Below, piece after piece: positions 19,056 to 28,280 of a stretch of 64,000 bases of DNA. The stretch's first letter is position 1. Each line of letters begins with the position of its first letter. Origin of the DNA: an uncultured Candidatus Babeliaceae bacterium (lineage in GTDB: Bacteria > Babelota > Babeliae > Babelales > Babelaceae); the NCBI GenBank assembly GCA_963704655.1, contig OY969927.1, forward strand, positions 864,001 to 928,000, written 5' to 3'. The translations under genes and the position numbers were made by a program. The notes beneath the pieces were generated by a model that saw only the letters and a list, made by a program, of their open reading frames with translations, made no database searches and was not told where the DNA came from.

Positions 19056-19496
19056 ATGAAAAAAATAGTCACATTTTTAACAATTTCGCTTCTTTTTCTT
19101 AATACTACGCAGGCAGAGACTCAACAATGTTACTGCACTCAAGTCTCACAGCAAGCAATCTCCATTTTAAATAGCGAATGTACTCAAGCATTCATTAATG
19201 GTGCTGCTGTCGGCGCTGTTGCAGGATTCAGTGTGGACTTCTTATTACCCTCTTTTAAAAAATTTACAGAAACTTGGAACATACCTGCTACAACTGGTAT
19301 TTGCAGGGACCAACTAGCTGGTGAAGCAAAAGTAGCAACAGCGGCACTTGGGCTTACAGCTTTAAACAAAGCAACTTTTACAAACTTTAAATTAATGGGC
19401 GCACAACTAGTTGGGATTATCGTAGGCGCATGCGCAGCAAGTTATGTGACAAAACTCTTAACGCCAGCAGCTACCCCAGCACCACAAGTACAATAA
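19056..19496 (+). CDS. Secreted protein with hydrophobic Gly/Ala-rich segments
   Basis: RBS aaagga; start placed at MKKIVTF. Confidence 0.75.
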   Translation: MKKIVTFLTISLLFLNTTQAETQQCYCTQVSQQAISILNSECTQAFINGAAVGAVAGFSVDFLLPSFKKFTETWNIPATTGICRDQLAGEAKVATAALGLTALNKATFTNFKLMGAQLVGIIVGACAASYVTKLLTPAATPAPQVQ

Positions 19497-19606
19497 TTAC
19501 ATATGCTCTGAGCCGCGAATTATTCGCTTGAGCCACGTAAGCTCTAGTTCGAGTTTTTCTTTCGGAGATATGTGCCAATTTATAGGTAGGTGCTGCAAAC
19601 GTTTGC
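19497..19606 (-). repeat. 110-bp duplicate of the trmH 3' end
   Basis: Matches 21180-21289 with one mismatch; continues into a 38-bp palindrome 19582-19619. Confidence 0.95.
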
Positions 19607-19706
19607 AGCACTTACCTATTTTTATCGCACTCATTAAATTTTCTGGGAACATCCCCACATTTTAATCTGGTTGTAAATCAAATTGCACAGATGCCAAAAG
19701 CACTTT

Positions 19707-20144
19707 TTAGTCTTCGGTAGGAATGTTCATCCTGTCAATACGAAAAAGTAACTCTTTTTCTGGAGAACAAAGGTTAAAATGAGACTTAACGTTAAAATAA
19801 GTAAATACTATTTCTTTGGTTGGCCTACTCACTTCCCATACCGGCTCAAATTGCATACCAAAACTCCAACCATTATTATTCAATGTCATTGATGTATGGC
19901 GACCATCTTTTGAATAATCGTCATGTTCTACAGTCCCATCCTTGTTAAAACCCCAAATAGATGTACCTTCAGAACCTTTAACTACAATCTCAACTCTTTC
20001 TTCAGACACATTTTTAACTTCAACATCTCTGCCGATATTTGCCAATAATATTTTGGCATAAAGATCTTTGGCGGGAATATCAAAAGCAAATATACCTAGC
20101 GGCATTAAACTAATAAAACTAATAAGTAGAGTACATGATTTCAT
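19707..20144 (-). CDS. Hypothetical secreted protein
   Basis: Start placed at MKSCTLL; signal peptide; lies between trmH-end copies. Confidence 0.7.
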   Translation of the reverse strand: MKSCTLLISFISLMPLGIFAFDIPAKDLYAKILLANIGRDVEVKNVSEERVEIVVKGSEGTSIWGFNKDGTVEHDDYSKDGRHTSMTLNNNGWSFGMQFEPVWEVSRPTKEIVFTYFNVKSHFNLCSPEKELLFRIDRMNIPTED

Positions 20145-20218
20145 AAAATTTCCTGCTAAAAAATTATCATCCAAGATATTTTAACCAAGTTTCAGTGTAA
20201 AACATGAGCACAAAAATG

Positions 20219-20262
20219 TCACCTATGCTCTGAGCCCTTAAGCTCTAGTTCGAGTTTTTCTT
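20219..20262 (-). repeat. Degenerate, internally deleted copy of the trmH 3' end
   Basis: tatgctctgagcc plus taagctctagttcgagtttttctt, missing the segment between two tgagcc repeats. Confidence 0.85.
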
Positions 20263-20311
20263 ATGGGATTATGCGTGAAATCCCACTTAAGACTTTTAAA
20301 AAGCCACTGGT

Positions 20312-21148
20312 TTATTCGGGTAACAATGCTAAAATTTGTTTCTTATATTCAACAAATTCAGGATCGTCAAAAACCGGTAAGCTGGTCTTTAGAAAAAGCT
20401 CTCGCACTGACAAACCCGTATCACTCTCTTTTGAACATGGATTTGCCCCAAGAGTAAGCAGATTTTTTATTAAAACTTGTTTACGCTTAAGAGAAATATC
20501 CTTACTGCCCGGAAAAAAGAATTTCTCACGTTTGGAATCTGCAAGATAATGCAGTAAAGAAGTGTTATCATCGTAGTAATTGACATCAAATTGGTCGACA
20601 GTAGTAAATGTACGCAGAGCAGCAGCAAGAACATCATCTGATTTTTCATCGTGCGCACGCGCCATTGCCCAGCAAACACTTTCAAACAATTCTTCAGCAA
20701 TAAAGAGCCTTTGCGCCTCTTGAAAATCTGAAACTTTAGCCATTAATCTATCCAAATATCTAGGGAAAAGAGTAATTGCTTGGGCTTGCGTTCTGGACCA
20801 TTCAGTTATATACATAGAAGAAAAATCAAACTCCTTAAGCTCTTGCGTAAATTTGTCCCAAACATAATCACCGATTTTATCATTGTGTTCTTGAAATATT
20901 AACACGATGCGTTCATCTTCAAATGTTGCATCGGTTTGGCTGTCGATTGTTTCTAACAAAACTGATACCGGCAACTTCTGTATCCAGCTCTTTAACCCCA
21001 TCTCCCGAAGTCTCAATGCTGTTACAAGGTTGTTATTTGAGATTTTCTTCTTTTGATCTATACAAGCAACGTTATTTTGCATCCCCCGCAAATTACTGAA
21101 AATCAAAAAAATAACAAAATGTTGTATCAAAACCCTGATGTAGTTCAT
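20312..21148 (-). CDS. Secreted protein with C-terminal ankyrin-like repeat
   Basis: Signal peptide; DVNYYDDNTSLLHYLA...LIKNLLTLGANP. Confidence 0.6.
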   Translation of the reverse strand: MNYIRVLIQHFVIFLIFSNLRGMQNNVACIDQKKKISNNNLVTALRLREMGLKSWIQKLPVSVLLETIDSQTDATFEDERIVLIFQEHNDKIGDYVWDKFTQELKEFDFSSMYITEWSRTQAQAITLFPRYLDRLMAKVSDFQEAQRLFIAEELFESVCWAMARAHDEKSDDVLAAALRTFTTVDQFDVNYYDDNTSLLHYLADSKREKFFFPGSKDISLKRKQVLIKNLLTLGANPCSKESDTGLSVRELFLKTSLPVFDDPEFVEYKKQILALLPE

Positions 21149-21179
21149 ATCAAAACAATCATATTAAATTAACTCTTAT

Positions 21180-21830
21180 TTACATATGCTCTGAGCCGCG
21201 AATTATTCGCTTGAGCCACGTAAGCTCTAGTTCGAGTTTTTCTTCCGGAGATATGTGCCAATTTATAGGTAGGTGCTGCAAACGTTTGCGTAATTCATAG
21301 GCAACTATAGCAGCACTTACTGAAGCATTATAACTTTGAGTAAATCCGTACATCGGGATAGTGACATACGTATCAACATGTTCAAGAGCATAATCACTAA
21401 TACCAAGTCTTTCATTACCAAAAATTATTGCGACTTTTGTATCTAAAGGCAATTCAGAAACGGTGTATGCTTTTTGGTGCGGCGTCGTGCCAACAAGCGT
21501 ATAACCCTGGACCTTTAATGCTTCAAAACACATTTGAGTATTATTAGCACCCGGCTCTTTATAATGGTTCTCAGAGAGCCAATAATCTGCGCCTTTAGTG
21601 ATGGTAAGGCTATCATCATACTTTTTATTATCGATAATATGCACATCTTGAAAACCACAACATTCAATTGAACGCATGGCAGCGTCAACATTGTGATGAT
21701 GATAAAAATGCTCAAAGACAAAAGAGATATAGCGCGAACGATGCTCTAATTTCTCTTCTATCAACTGCACTTTATTTTCGGTAACAAGTGTTCTGAGTTT
21801 ATTACGTAACGTAATAAGATCGTGATTCAT
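21180..21830 (-). CDS. trmH: SpoU/TrmH family tRNA 2'-O-methyltransferase
   Basis: HNVDAAMRS, IFGNERLGIS, IPMYGFTQSYNASVSA SPOUT motifs. Confidence 0.9.
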   Translation of the reverse strand: MNHDLITLRNKLRTLVTENKVQLIEEKLEHRSRYISFVFEHFYHHHNVDAAMRSIECCGFQDVHIIDNKKYDDSLTITKGADYWLSENHYKEPGANNTQMCFEALKVQGYTLVGTTPHQKAYTVSELPLDTKVAIIFGNERLGISDYALEHVDTYVTIPMYGFTQSYNASVSAAIVAYELRKRLQHLPINWHISPEEKLELELTWLKRIIRGSEHM

Positions 21831-22408
21831 TATGGTTTAAAGGTATCTTCAAAGGCAAAATCTTCTACCCGCATACGGCCAGTCAATTCAAGGTCGCCTT
21901 TACGTAAATCTGGCGGAAGCTCCTGAGCATCTCCCGGGTAGCCAGCAACGATCATAGCCTCGACCGTATACGTTTCAGGAAGCGTCAAATATGCCCGCAC
22001 CCCATCGTAATCAAAGCCTTCCATTGCATGTGCAACCAAACCCATATCTGTTGCCTGCAAGGCTAAACTTACCCATGCAGACCCAGCATCAAAAGAGTGG
22101 GTACGTGATGGCCTATTATTATATGAAAAAAGATTATGTGAAAGAGCAACGATAACTACCGGAGCATTCAGCGTCCACAATCTATTTTGCGGCACTAAAA
22201 GATCTTGTAAATCATGCCATGCTTGCGAACCTTTAAGCGCATAGACATAACGCCATGGCTGATTATTATATGAAGAAGGCGCCCAACGAGCGGCTTCAAA
22301 TAACGACATAAGTATATCTTTTTCTAATGGCTTATCTGCAATGGCCCGTGGTGAATGGCGCTTAATAAAAAGAGGATTAATCTTATAATTCGCTTTTCTT
22401 TCTGGCAT
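21830..22408 (-). CDS. Nitroreductase family protein
   Basis: RHSPRA, EAARWAPSSYNNQPW, FDAGSA, AHAMEGFD. Confidence 0.93.
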   Translation of the reverse strand: MPERKANYKINPLFIKRHSPRAIADKPLEKDILMSLFEAARWAPSSYNNQPWRYVYALKGSQAWHDLQDLLVPQNRLWTLNAPVVIVALSHNLFSYNNRPSRTHSFDAGSAWVSLALQATDMGLVAHAMEGFDYDGVRAYLTLPETYTVEAMIVAGYPGDAQELPPDLRKGDLELTGRMRVEDFAFEDTFKP

Positions 22409-22445
22409 ATATATCCCCTATTTAAAACTAAACACTTATCTCCCC

Positions 22446-22528
22446 AACCCTTCGACTCTGCTTTCGCATTCGCTCAGGGTGAGCGGATTCGGGCCGCTCG
22501 TGGTGAGCGTAGTCGAATCCATGCGGCC
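22446..22528. repeat. Inverted doublet of TTCGAC-N-GCTCA palindromic repeats
   Basis: acccttcgac...gctcagggtgagcgg plus ccgctcgtggtgagcgtagtcgaatccatgcgg. Confidence 0.9.
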
Positions 22529-22532
22529 AATT

Positions 22533-23360
22533 TTAGAATAATCTAAACTTATGCTTAATCACAAAACCTTTATTTTTAGTATAACTATCCAAAACTTTGG
22601 TTAATGATGGCGTGAGTTCCTCAATCTGGCAAGCAACGCGGTTAAAATCACGATCAACAGCATTTGATATCTGGCCAATTTTTTCTTGTAAATCCGGAAT
22701 GCCATCTTTAACTTCTTGCATAATGCCACGCAAGTCTTGCAGAGCATCGTGAATGTTCTCTTCATTTGCATTAACTACACGGTCAATAGATTCAGCGCAT
22801 GAAGATACTTTTTCAGTTACCTGAACAAAACCATCGATAATTTGTTGTATCGCTTTAACACCATCAGGCCCGCCAAGTGATTCTTTTAATGACGCGGTAA
22901 CCTCTTCTATATTACCGGCAATACCATTCATTTTTTTCAAAAGGACATCTATTGATACAGAATCTTCTGTTGGCTGTTCCAGCGTGCTACCAGCAGGCAC
23001 TTTTTGTAAGCGAGAATCACCAGTTATAATCTCTAAATATTTGCCACCTAAAATGCCATTTTGTCGTATTGAAGCATACGCATCGGCATACAGATGATAT
23101 TTTTTTAAAACCATAATGCACATACGCACACGTTGCTGTTCTTCTTCAAAGATAACTTGGTCTATCCAACCAACTTTAACACCCGCAATGCGAACATCTG
23201 CTTTTTTATTTAACCCAGATATATCATGAGAATAGATACAATATTTTGCATATTGGTGTGTTGCAAAACGTAACGACCCAATCTGAAAACTCATATAAAC
23301 AAGTACACCTAATGCAGCAAGAATAAATAAACCAACTGCCGTTTCTGCTTTTAACTGCAC
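22533..23360 (-). CDS. mlaD: MlaD/MCE family lipid-transport substrate-binding protein
   Basis: ETAVGLF TM, GL...VRIAGVKVG, GILGGKYLEI, helical tail. Confidence 0.88.
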   Translation of the reverse strand: MQLKAETAVGLFILAALGVLVYMSFQIGSLRFATHQYAKYCIYSHDISGLNKKADVRIAGVKVGWIDQVIFEEEQQRVRMCIMVLKKYHLYADAYASIRQNGILGGKYLEIITGDSRLQKVPAGSTLEQPTEDSVSIDVLLKKMNGIAGNIEEVTASLKESLGGPDGVKAIQQIIDGFVQVTEKVSSCAESIDRVVNANEENIHDALQDLRGIMQEVKDGIPDLQEKIGQISNAVDRDFNRVACQIEELTPSLTKVLDSYTKNKGFVIKHKFRLF

Positions 23361-23384
23361 TTTTCTTACCCTTTTATCGTTGTT

Positions 23385-24386
23385 TTATAACCAATATAAC
23401 CGCTTTATTGTATACACAGTAGTTTTCTGTTGGTTTTGGCTCTTTTCAAGATACACACAAACCTTTTGTGTTACCGGCATACCGGCTCCATCATCCACTG
23501 TTCCATAAGATATCACATTAAAAGTGGTAACTTCAATTTTTGAAGCCAGAATTTTTTTAATGCTATCAGGTAAAACAGTATACTCTTTCTTAAACAAAGC
23601 TGCCAGCAGCTCTTTCCAAGCAGACGCCCAATTAATTTGCCCTTTATTTGTACTTAATTTTTTAATAATCTCCAACCGCTGTTTTTTTTCAAGATTCTGT
23701 TTTTCAAGCTGCAATATTTGGGCCCACGATGAAGAAATATAAAGCGGTTGTATCTTAAATTCAGCAGTTCCTAAAGTAAAAAGATCAGTGAATGCAACGT
23801 ATTCTTTATCTTCAGAATCTATATCATAAAACATATCACCAGAAAATTTGGGCGCAGTAACTTCAGTCACGTCTTCAAACGGCTTAGCCCGTTTTTGAAA
23901 AAGTTGTCCCACTGCCTGTGCAAAGTTCTCAAACGAAAATTTCTGTTGTGCAACCTTGTCAGCTAAGGCAAGTATAGTTTGTGCGTCCTGTTCTTTATCA
24001 AGCTTAATAAATTGCTTTTGTTGGAAATCATACGCTTTATTCAGATTAATTTTGCCCTCTTCAGACGATATATATACTCTAATAGCGCCGTCAATGCCAT
24101 CTTTTTCGCTAGTTAGTTTAAATGTCTGTTCAAGATCGGTATACAAAAATGGCACCAAGTTTTGATCCACTGCTTTTTTATCTATTTCCAGCGGATTGCT
24201 CAACTGTGCACGGGCAATCTCAATGCCATTTAAAGCTAACATACGCGCTTGTTGCTGTTTAACCAATACACGGTGTAAGCGGTCAAATGCAATAGCCCGT
24301 TGCAATAAACTTGTTACTAAAACTGACCCGAGTGAAATAACAAAAAGCGCCATAACTAAAACAAATCCATGTTGATTATGTTTCAT
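23385..24386 (-). CDS. gspK: Type II secretion minor pseudopilin GspK
   Basis: HGFVLVMAL prepilin-like start, QARMLALNGI, EEGKINLN. Confidence 0.85.
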   Translation of the reverse strand: MKHNQHGFVLVMALFVISLGSVLVTSLLQRAIAFDRLHRVLVKQQQARMLALNGIEIARAQLSNPLEIDKKAVDQNLVPFLYTDLEQTFKLTSEKDGIDGAIRVYISSEEGKINLNKAYDFQQKQFIKLDKEQDAQTILALADKVAQQKFSFENFAQAVGQLFQKRAKPFEDVTEVTAPKFSGDMFYDIDSEDKEYVAFTDLFTLGTAEFKIQPLYISSSWAQILQLEKQNLEKKQRLEIIKKLSTNKGQINWASAWKELLAALFKKEYTVLPDSIKKILASKIEVTTFNVISYGTVDDGAGMPVTQKVCVYLEKSQNQQKTTVYTIKRLYWL

Positions 24387-25354
24387 TTTTTACCTCCCGG
24401 CTTTTGAAGTTCAAGTTGCTTTAAAAGACCGTTAGGTTTTATTTGTGTCTGGTCAGCAGATTTGGCGGCTTGCTGAGCTGTCTGCCCAGACGCTTTTGCA
24501 CCTGCTGTTGGAGCTTCTGCTTTTGCAGGCTCTTTATTTTCTGGTACCAGTTGTTTAATTTTTGGATCAATTGGTATGAAAAATGAATAAGAAAATGGAT
24601 GTTCATGTTCAGAAGTAAAATCGCCCATGGCGCCACTAAACGTGATAATCTGTGGTAACGCTATCGGTTGTTCAACTTTGCCCTGTGCATTAGGTTGAGG
24701 CTGCTTTTTTAAAAGTTCTGCAAATGACCATGAAGATACTTCTTCAACTTTCTTCTCATTATCCTTTACCGTAATGCTCGTACATAAAATAGACGATGTT
24801 TTTATGCCAAATGCAATGGCATGGGAATAATTTTTATTCTGCCCAATTTCACGTTCAAAATCTGGCATGGATAATTCGGACGATTCTTGACGCATGAGTG
24901 TAAAATAGTTTTGATGGTGCGCATCAGGCACCATAAGGTACCGCACGCGAGCCAAGCGTGGCTTTTTAGAGCCATAGACGCCCAATAAATTTGTAGTAAC
25001 AAAGCTTAAACTTTTTAGTTTTTCATTTTCAACTTCAATCTGCAAACCAAACTTCTTAAAATATTCCTGCTGAGCTTTTTCTTGTTCTTCTTTCTTTTCT
25101 TTTGGGTTAGGAATAAAACCATAAAGCGGAACAGCCATTGATGAGATATCTTTTTGCATCTGCGAAAATAGCATTTGCTGCTGACTGTCTACCGTTATAA
25201 GTTGGTTATAGCGCCTTGATGACTGCTGTAGTAATGAGATGGTATTAAAGACCATAATTCCGACAAAGCTACTTATTGCGAGTGCTATGATAATTTCTAT
25301 AAGACTAAACCCGGGCCTGCCCTTCGAAGCTTTAGCGAAGTAGGGACGCGTCAC
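24383..25354 (-). CDS. gspJ: Type II secretion pseudopilin GspJ-like
   Basis: G|FSLIE prepilin site; position; leader contains a 32-bp repeat. Confidence 0.75.
   Translation of the reverse strand: MTRPYFAKASKGRPGFSLIEIIIALAISSFVGIMVFNTISLLQQSSRRYNQLITVDSQQQMLFSQMQKDISSMAVPLYGFIPNPKEKKEEQEKAQQEYFKKFGLQIEVENEKLKSLSFVTTNLLGVYGSKKPRLARVRYLMVPDAHHQNYFTLMRQESSELSMPDFEREIGQNKNYSHAIAFGIKTSSILCTSITVKDNEKKVEEVSSWSFAELLKKQPQPNAQGKVEQPIALPQIITFSGAMGDFTSEHEHPFSYSFFIPIDPKIKQLVPENKEPAKAEAPTAGAKASGQTAQQAAKSADQTQIKPNGLLKQLELQKPGGKK
25314..25345. repeat. 32-bp palindromic repeat in the gspJ leader
   Basis: Identical to 7065-7096. Confidence 0.9.
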
Positions 25355-25911
25355 GGTTTTACCCCCGGCTGAGTTGCAGAATTTGAGGACGCTTGAGCCG
25401 TTACTGTGGCAGCTTCGCCACTTTTTTGCTCTGTTTTTTCTTGCCCGCCGCCGCTCGCAGCTTCTCCGGCTGGCCGCTCATCCTGAGCCCGTCGAAGGGT
25501 TTGCGGCTCTTTCTCTTTCTTTGGATGATATGAATATTTTATAAGCGTGAACGTTTGCGTAGCCATAATTTTTGTCCAGGAAACAACCACTTTTTCAATA
25601 ACAAGATTTTCTATTTCAGCAAGCGGTGTACCTTCAATTGGCTCAGAAATAGTATAAACTATCTTAAAATCATCCTGCTCACGCTCGATAGTTTTTCCTG
25701 GTCCAGCAGACTGCTGTTCTGCAGGTTGCTGCTTTTCTGCGTCAACAAATGCTTGCATAGCCAACTGTTCGGCATGCCACTGTGAATTATCTTTAAAAAG
25801 CATAGTCTGCAAACTGTTTTGCAACGTTAACAAGCTGGTAATAGTAATACTGACCATCATTAATGCAATCAAAACCTCTATAAGTGAAAAGCCTGGCTGG
25901 AGTTGTCTCAT
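25351..25911 (-). CDS. gspI: Type II secretion pseudopilin GspI-like
   Basis: G|FSLIE prepilin site; position. Confidence 0.75.
   Translation of the reverse strand: MRQLQPGFSLIEVLIALMMVSITITSLLTLQNSLQTMLFKDNSQWHAEQLAMQAFVDAEKQQPAEQQSAGPGKTIEREQDDFKIVYTISEPIEGTPLAEIENLVIEKVVVSWTKIMATQTFTLIKYSYHPKKEKEPQTLRRAQDERPAGEAASGGGQEKTEQKSGEAATVTAQASSNSATQPGVKP
25474..25501. repeat. TTCGAC-N3-GCTCA palindromic repeat inside gspI tail
   Basis: ccgctcatcctgagcccgtcgaagggtt; encodes TLRRAQDER. Confidence 0.9.
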
Positions 25912-26439
25912 TTATGCCACCACAAACTGTACAAAAAAGGGATTCAGTTCCAACTCAAGCGGTTTACCTACGGCTTCATCACGCAACACAAGAGTTACCT
26001 GTTGAGATAGTCCGTCTGGCATAATATAAAACCAGACTGTTTTTAACTTGCCGCCACTTGCTTCGTCTTTGCCATCTATAATAAATTTTTCAACTTCAAA
26101 GTTATCGTTCCATACTAAAGAGTCGTTACCATAATCAGATTGCACTGTTTCAAAAACAGACTTATTTTCTGCGCCAGCTTTTTTATCTGACTCTACGCGA
26201 ATGGTAACTTTTTTTATTTGGGATTCAAAATCAAAAAAAAGTTGTGTCGGGCGGCCACTAACAAGTGCATGCGAATAGGCATTTCGAGCGAGCATATTAA
26301 GATCAGCAACAAATTTTTCTTGCTGATTATAGTTAATACGCGTTAAGCGAGGAATCTGCGTGGCCATGACTGCTACAATAGCCATGGCCACAATAATTTC
26401 TAATAAACTAAAACCCGGCTTAGTAAAAGAATGTTTCAT
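25912..26439 (-). CDS. gspH: Type II secretion pseudopilin GspH-like
   Basis: G|FSLLE prepilin site; ARNAYSHAL, FYIMPDG. Confidence 0.75.
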   Translation of the reverse strand: MKHSFTKPGFSLLEIIVAMAIVAVMATQIPRLTRINYNQQEKFVADLNMLARNAYSHALVSGRPTQLFFDFESQIKKVTIRVESDKKAGAENKSVFETVQSDYGNDSLVWNDNFEVEKFIIDGKDEASGGKLKTVWFYIMPDGLSQQVTLVLRDEAVGKPLELELNPFFVQFVVA

Positions 26440-26451
26440 AATTTACGCACT

Positions 26452-26479
26452 AACCCTTCGACAGGCTCAGGATGAGCGG
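26452..26479. repeat. TTCGAC-N3-GCTCA palindromic repeat
   Basis: aacccttcgacaggctcaggatgagcgg, intergenic. Confidence 0.9.
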
Positions 26480-26499
26480 GTCTCAGAAAGTTGTAAAGT

Positions 26500-26910
26500 T
26501 TACGCTCTTATCCATTCTGTTTCCGCTGAACCTTCACCATTGGAACCAAAAGAATAAAGTTCATAAGGAGGCTTAGTTCCTTTTGGATTAAGAATATATT
26601 GGTACTCAGCGCCCCATGGATCTTGTATCTCAGCTTCCATGTAAGGGCCTTTCCATTTTTTAGCGATGCTTTCTTCAGATGGACGATCCTTTAAATCATT
26701 CAATGATGCTGGGTATGCGCCGACATCTTGACGATATTGATCAATCTGATTTTTATACAAACGCAAATGTGATTCAGCAGCTCTGCGACGTGCTTGGCTG
26801 ATATAACTGGTTAACCCTAATGTACCACCAATCATAATACCAATAATTGCAAGCGCAATAATAATCTCGGTTAACGAAAACCCAGGTTGGGCACTTTTTG
26901 TATTAAACAT
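26500..26910 (-). CDS. gspG: Type II secretion major pseudopilin GspG
   Basis: G|FSLTE, YRQDVGAYP, WKGPY, DPWG.EYQY, YELYSFGSNG. Confidence 0.93.
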   Translation of the reverse strand: MFNTKSAQPGFSLTEIIIALAIIGIMIGGTLGLTSYISQARRRAAESHLRLYKNQIDQYRQDVGAYPASLNDLKDRPSEESIAKKWKGPYMEAEIQDPWGAEYQYILNPKGTKPPYELYSFGSNGEGSAETEWIRA

Positions 26911-26940
26911 AAAAAACTCCTAAAAATAGTGTGATTAATA

Positions 26941-28164
26941 TTAAAATCCTTCACCAAGACTCTTATTCATATTCAATAATGGCCCGGCAATTGCCATCAC
27001 CACAAACCCGACAATTAACCCCATAACCATGGTAGTAACGGGTGTAATTTTTTCAACAAGACCATCTGCATATTCGGTAACTTCAACATCATAGTAACTA
27101 CCAACCTGCAATAACATATCAGGCAAGGTGCCGCTCTCTTCACCCGTTTTAATGAGATAAATAGCAACTGCGGGGAACATGCCTGTCTCTTTCAAATATT
27201 CAGAAATTTTACCCTGCTTAATAATGCTGTCTCGCGCTTGCTGCAATTTATCAACAAGAATTTTATTTTTAATAATAGTCGTAACAATAGTAAGCGCCTC
27301 AGCTAAATTTACCCCGGCTTCTAAAAGCATGCCAAGTGTACTACTAAACTGAACAACAGCCCCCATACGCGCAAAATAGCCTGCGATAGGAACTTTTAAA
27401 ATAAAGGTGTCCCATAATCGTGCACCCGCTGCGGTTCTTTTCCACATAAGAAAGCCAACAACTGAGGCCACCAAGCCAATTAAAATCACCAAATAGTAGT
27501 TAATAACAAAAGTAGAAAGACCCATTAAAAAACGTGTTGCAAAAGGCAACTCCATCTTCATAGAAGTAAACGTGGTACTTATAGTAGGAATAACCACAAT
27601 CAAAAGCAACACGACCACACCAAGCGCAATAGCAAGTTGAATAGCAGGCATCATGAATGCACCACTAATCTTTTTACGCAGGCTTTCTGCCCGTTCAATA
27701 TAGCTGGTTAAGCGGTCAAGAATACTTTCAAGCTTTCCGCTTGCTTCACCAGCTTTTACCAATTGAACATACGTGTTTGAAAATATTTTTGGATATTTAG
27801 AAAGACCATCTGCAAGAGATTTACCCTCTTTAATATCATCTTTTAAATCAATAACAATGTTCCGCAACTGCCCTTCAGTTTGTTCAACTAATAACTCAAG
27901 AGCCTGCAAAAGCGGGACACCGGCCCTTAAAAGTACCGATAACTGTTTTGTAAAAAAAATCAGATCTTTTGAGTCAACATTTTTTTGAAAAAAATCTCTA
28001 AAAAATTTATAAAGGTTTGAACCTTCTTGACTGGCAGAGATAGTAACCGGATAAAGTCCACGCTTAACAAGCGCTTCACGCACCTGCGACAATGAAGGCG
28101 CATCAAGTGTGCCTGAAACCTTTTTTCCGTCTCTTGTAAGTGCCTTATAATAGTACAGAGCCAT
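26941..28164 (-). CDS. gspF: Type II secretion inner-membrane platform protein GspF
   Basis: FTKQLSVLLRAGVPL, AGEASGKL, TGEESGTL duplicated T2SS-F domains. Confidence 0.93.
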   Translation of the reverse strand: MALYYYKALTRDGKKVSGTLDAPSLSQVREALVKRGLYPVTISASQEGSNLYKFFRDFFQKNVDSKDLIFFTKQLSVLLRAGVPLLQALELLVEQTEGQLRNIVIDLKDDIKEGKSLADGLSKYPKIFSNTYVQLVKAGEASGKLESILDRLTSYIERAESLRKKISGAFMMPAIQLAIALGVVVLLLIVVIPTISTTFTSMKMELPFATRFLMGLSTFVINYYLVILIGLVASVVGFLMWKRTAAGARLWDTFILKVPIAGYFARMGAVVQFSSTLGMLLEAGVNLAEALTIVTTIIKNKILVDKLQQARDSIIKQGKISEYLKETGMFPAVAIYLIKTGEESGTLPDMLLQVGSYYDVEVTEYADGLVEKITPVTTMVMGLIVGFVVMAIAGPLLNMNKSLGEGF

Positions 28165-28280
28165 GGGTCACCAAAATTACCTGTATTTGAATTTTCTTGG
28201 TATCTTGAAGAAAGTCACATTTGTATGGTACCATTTTTTACGTGACGATAAAAGAATTATCTTATTATTAAAGAGAAAGC

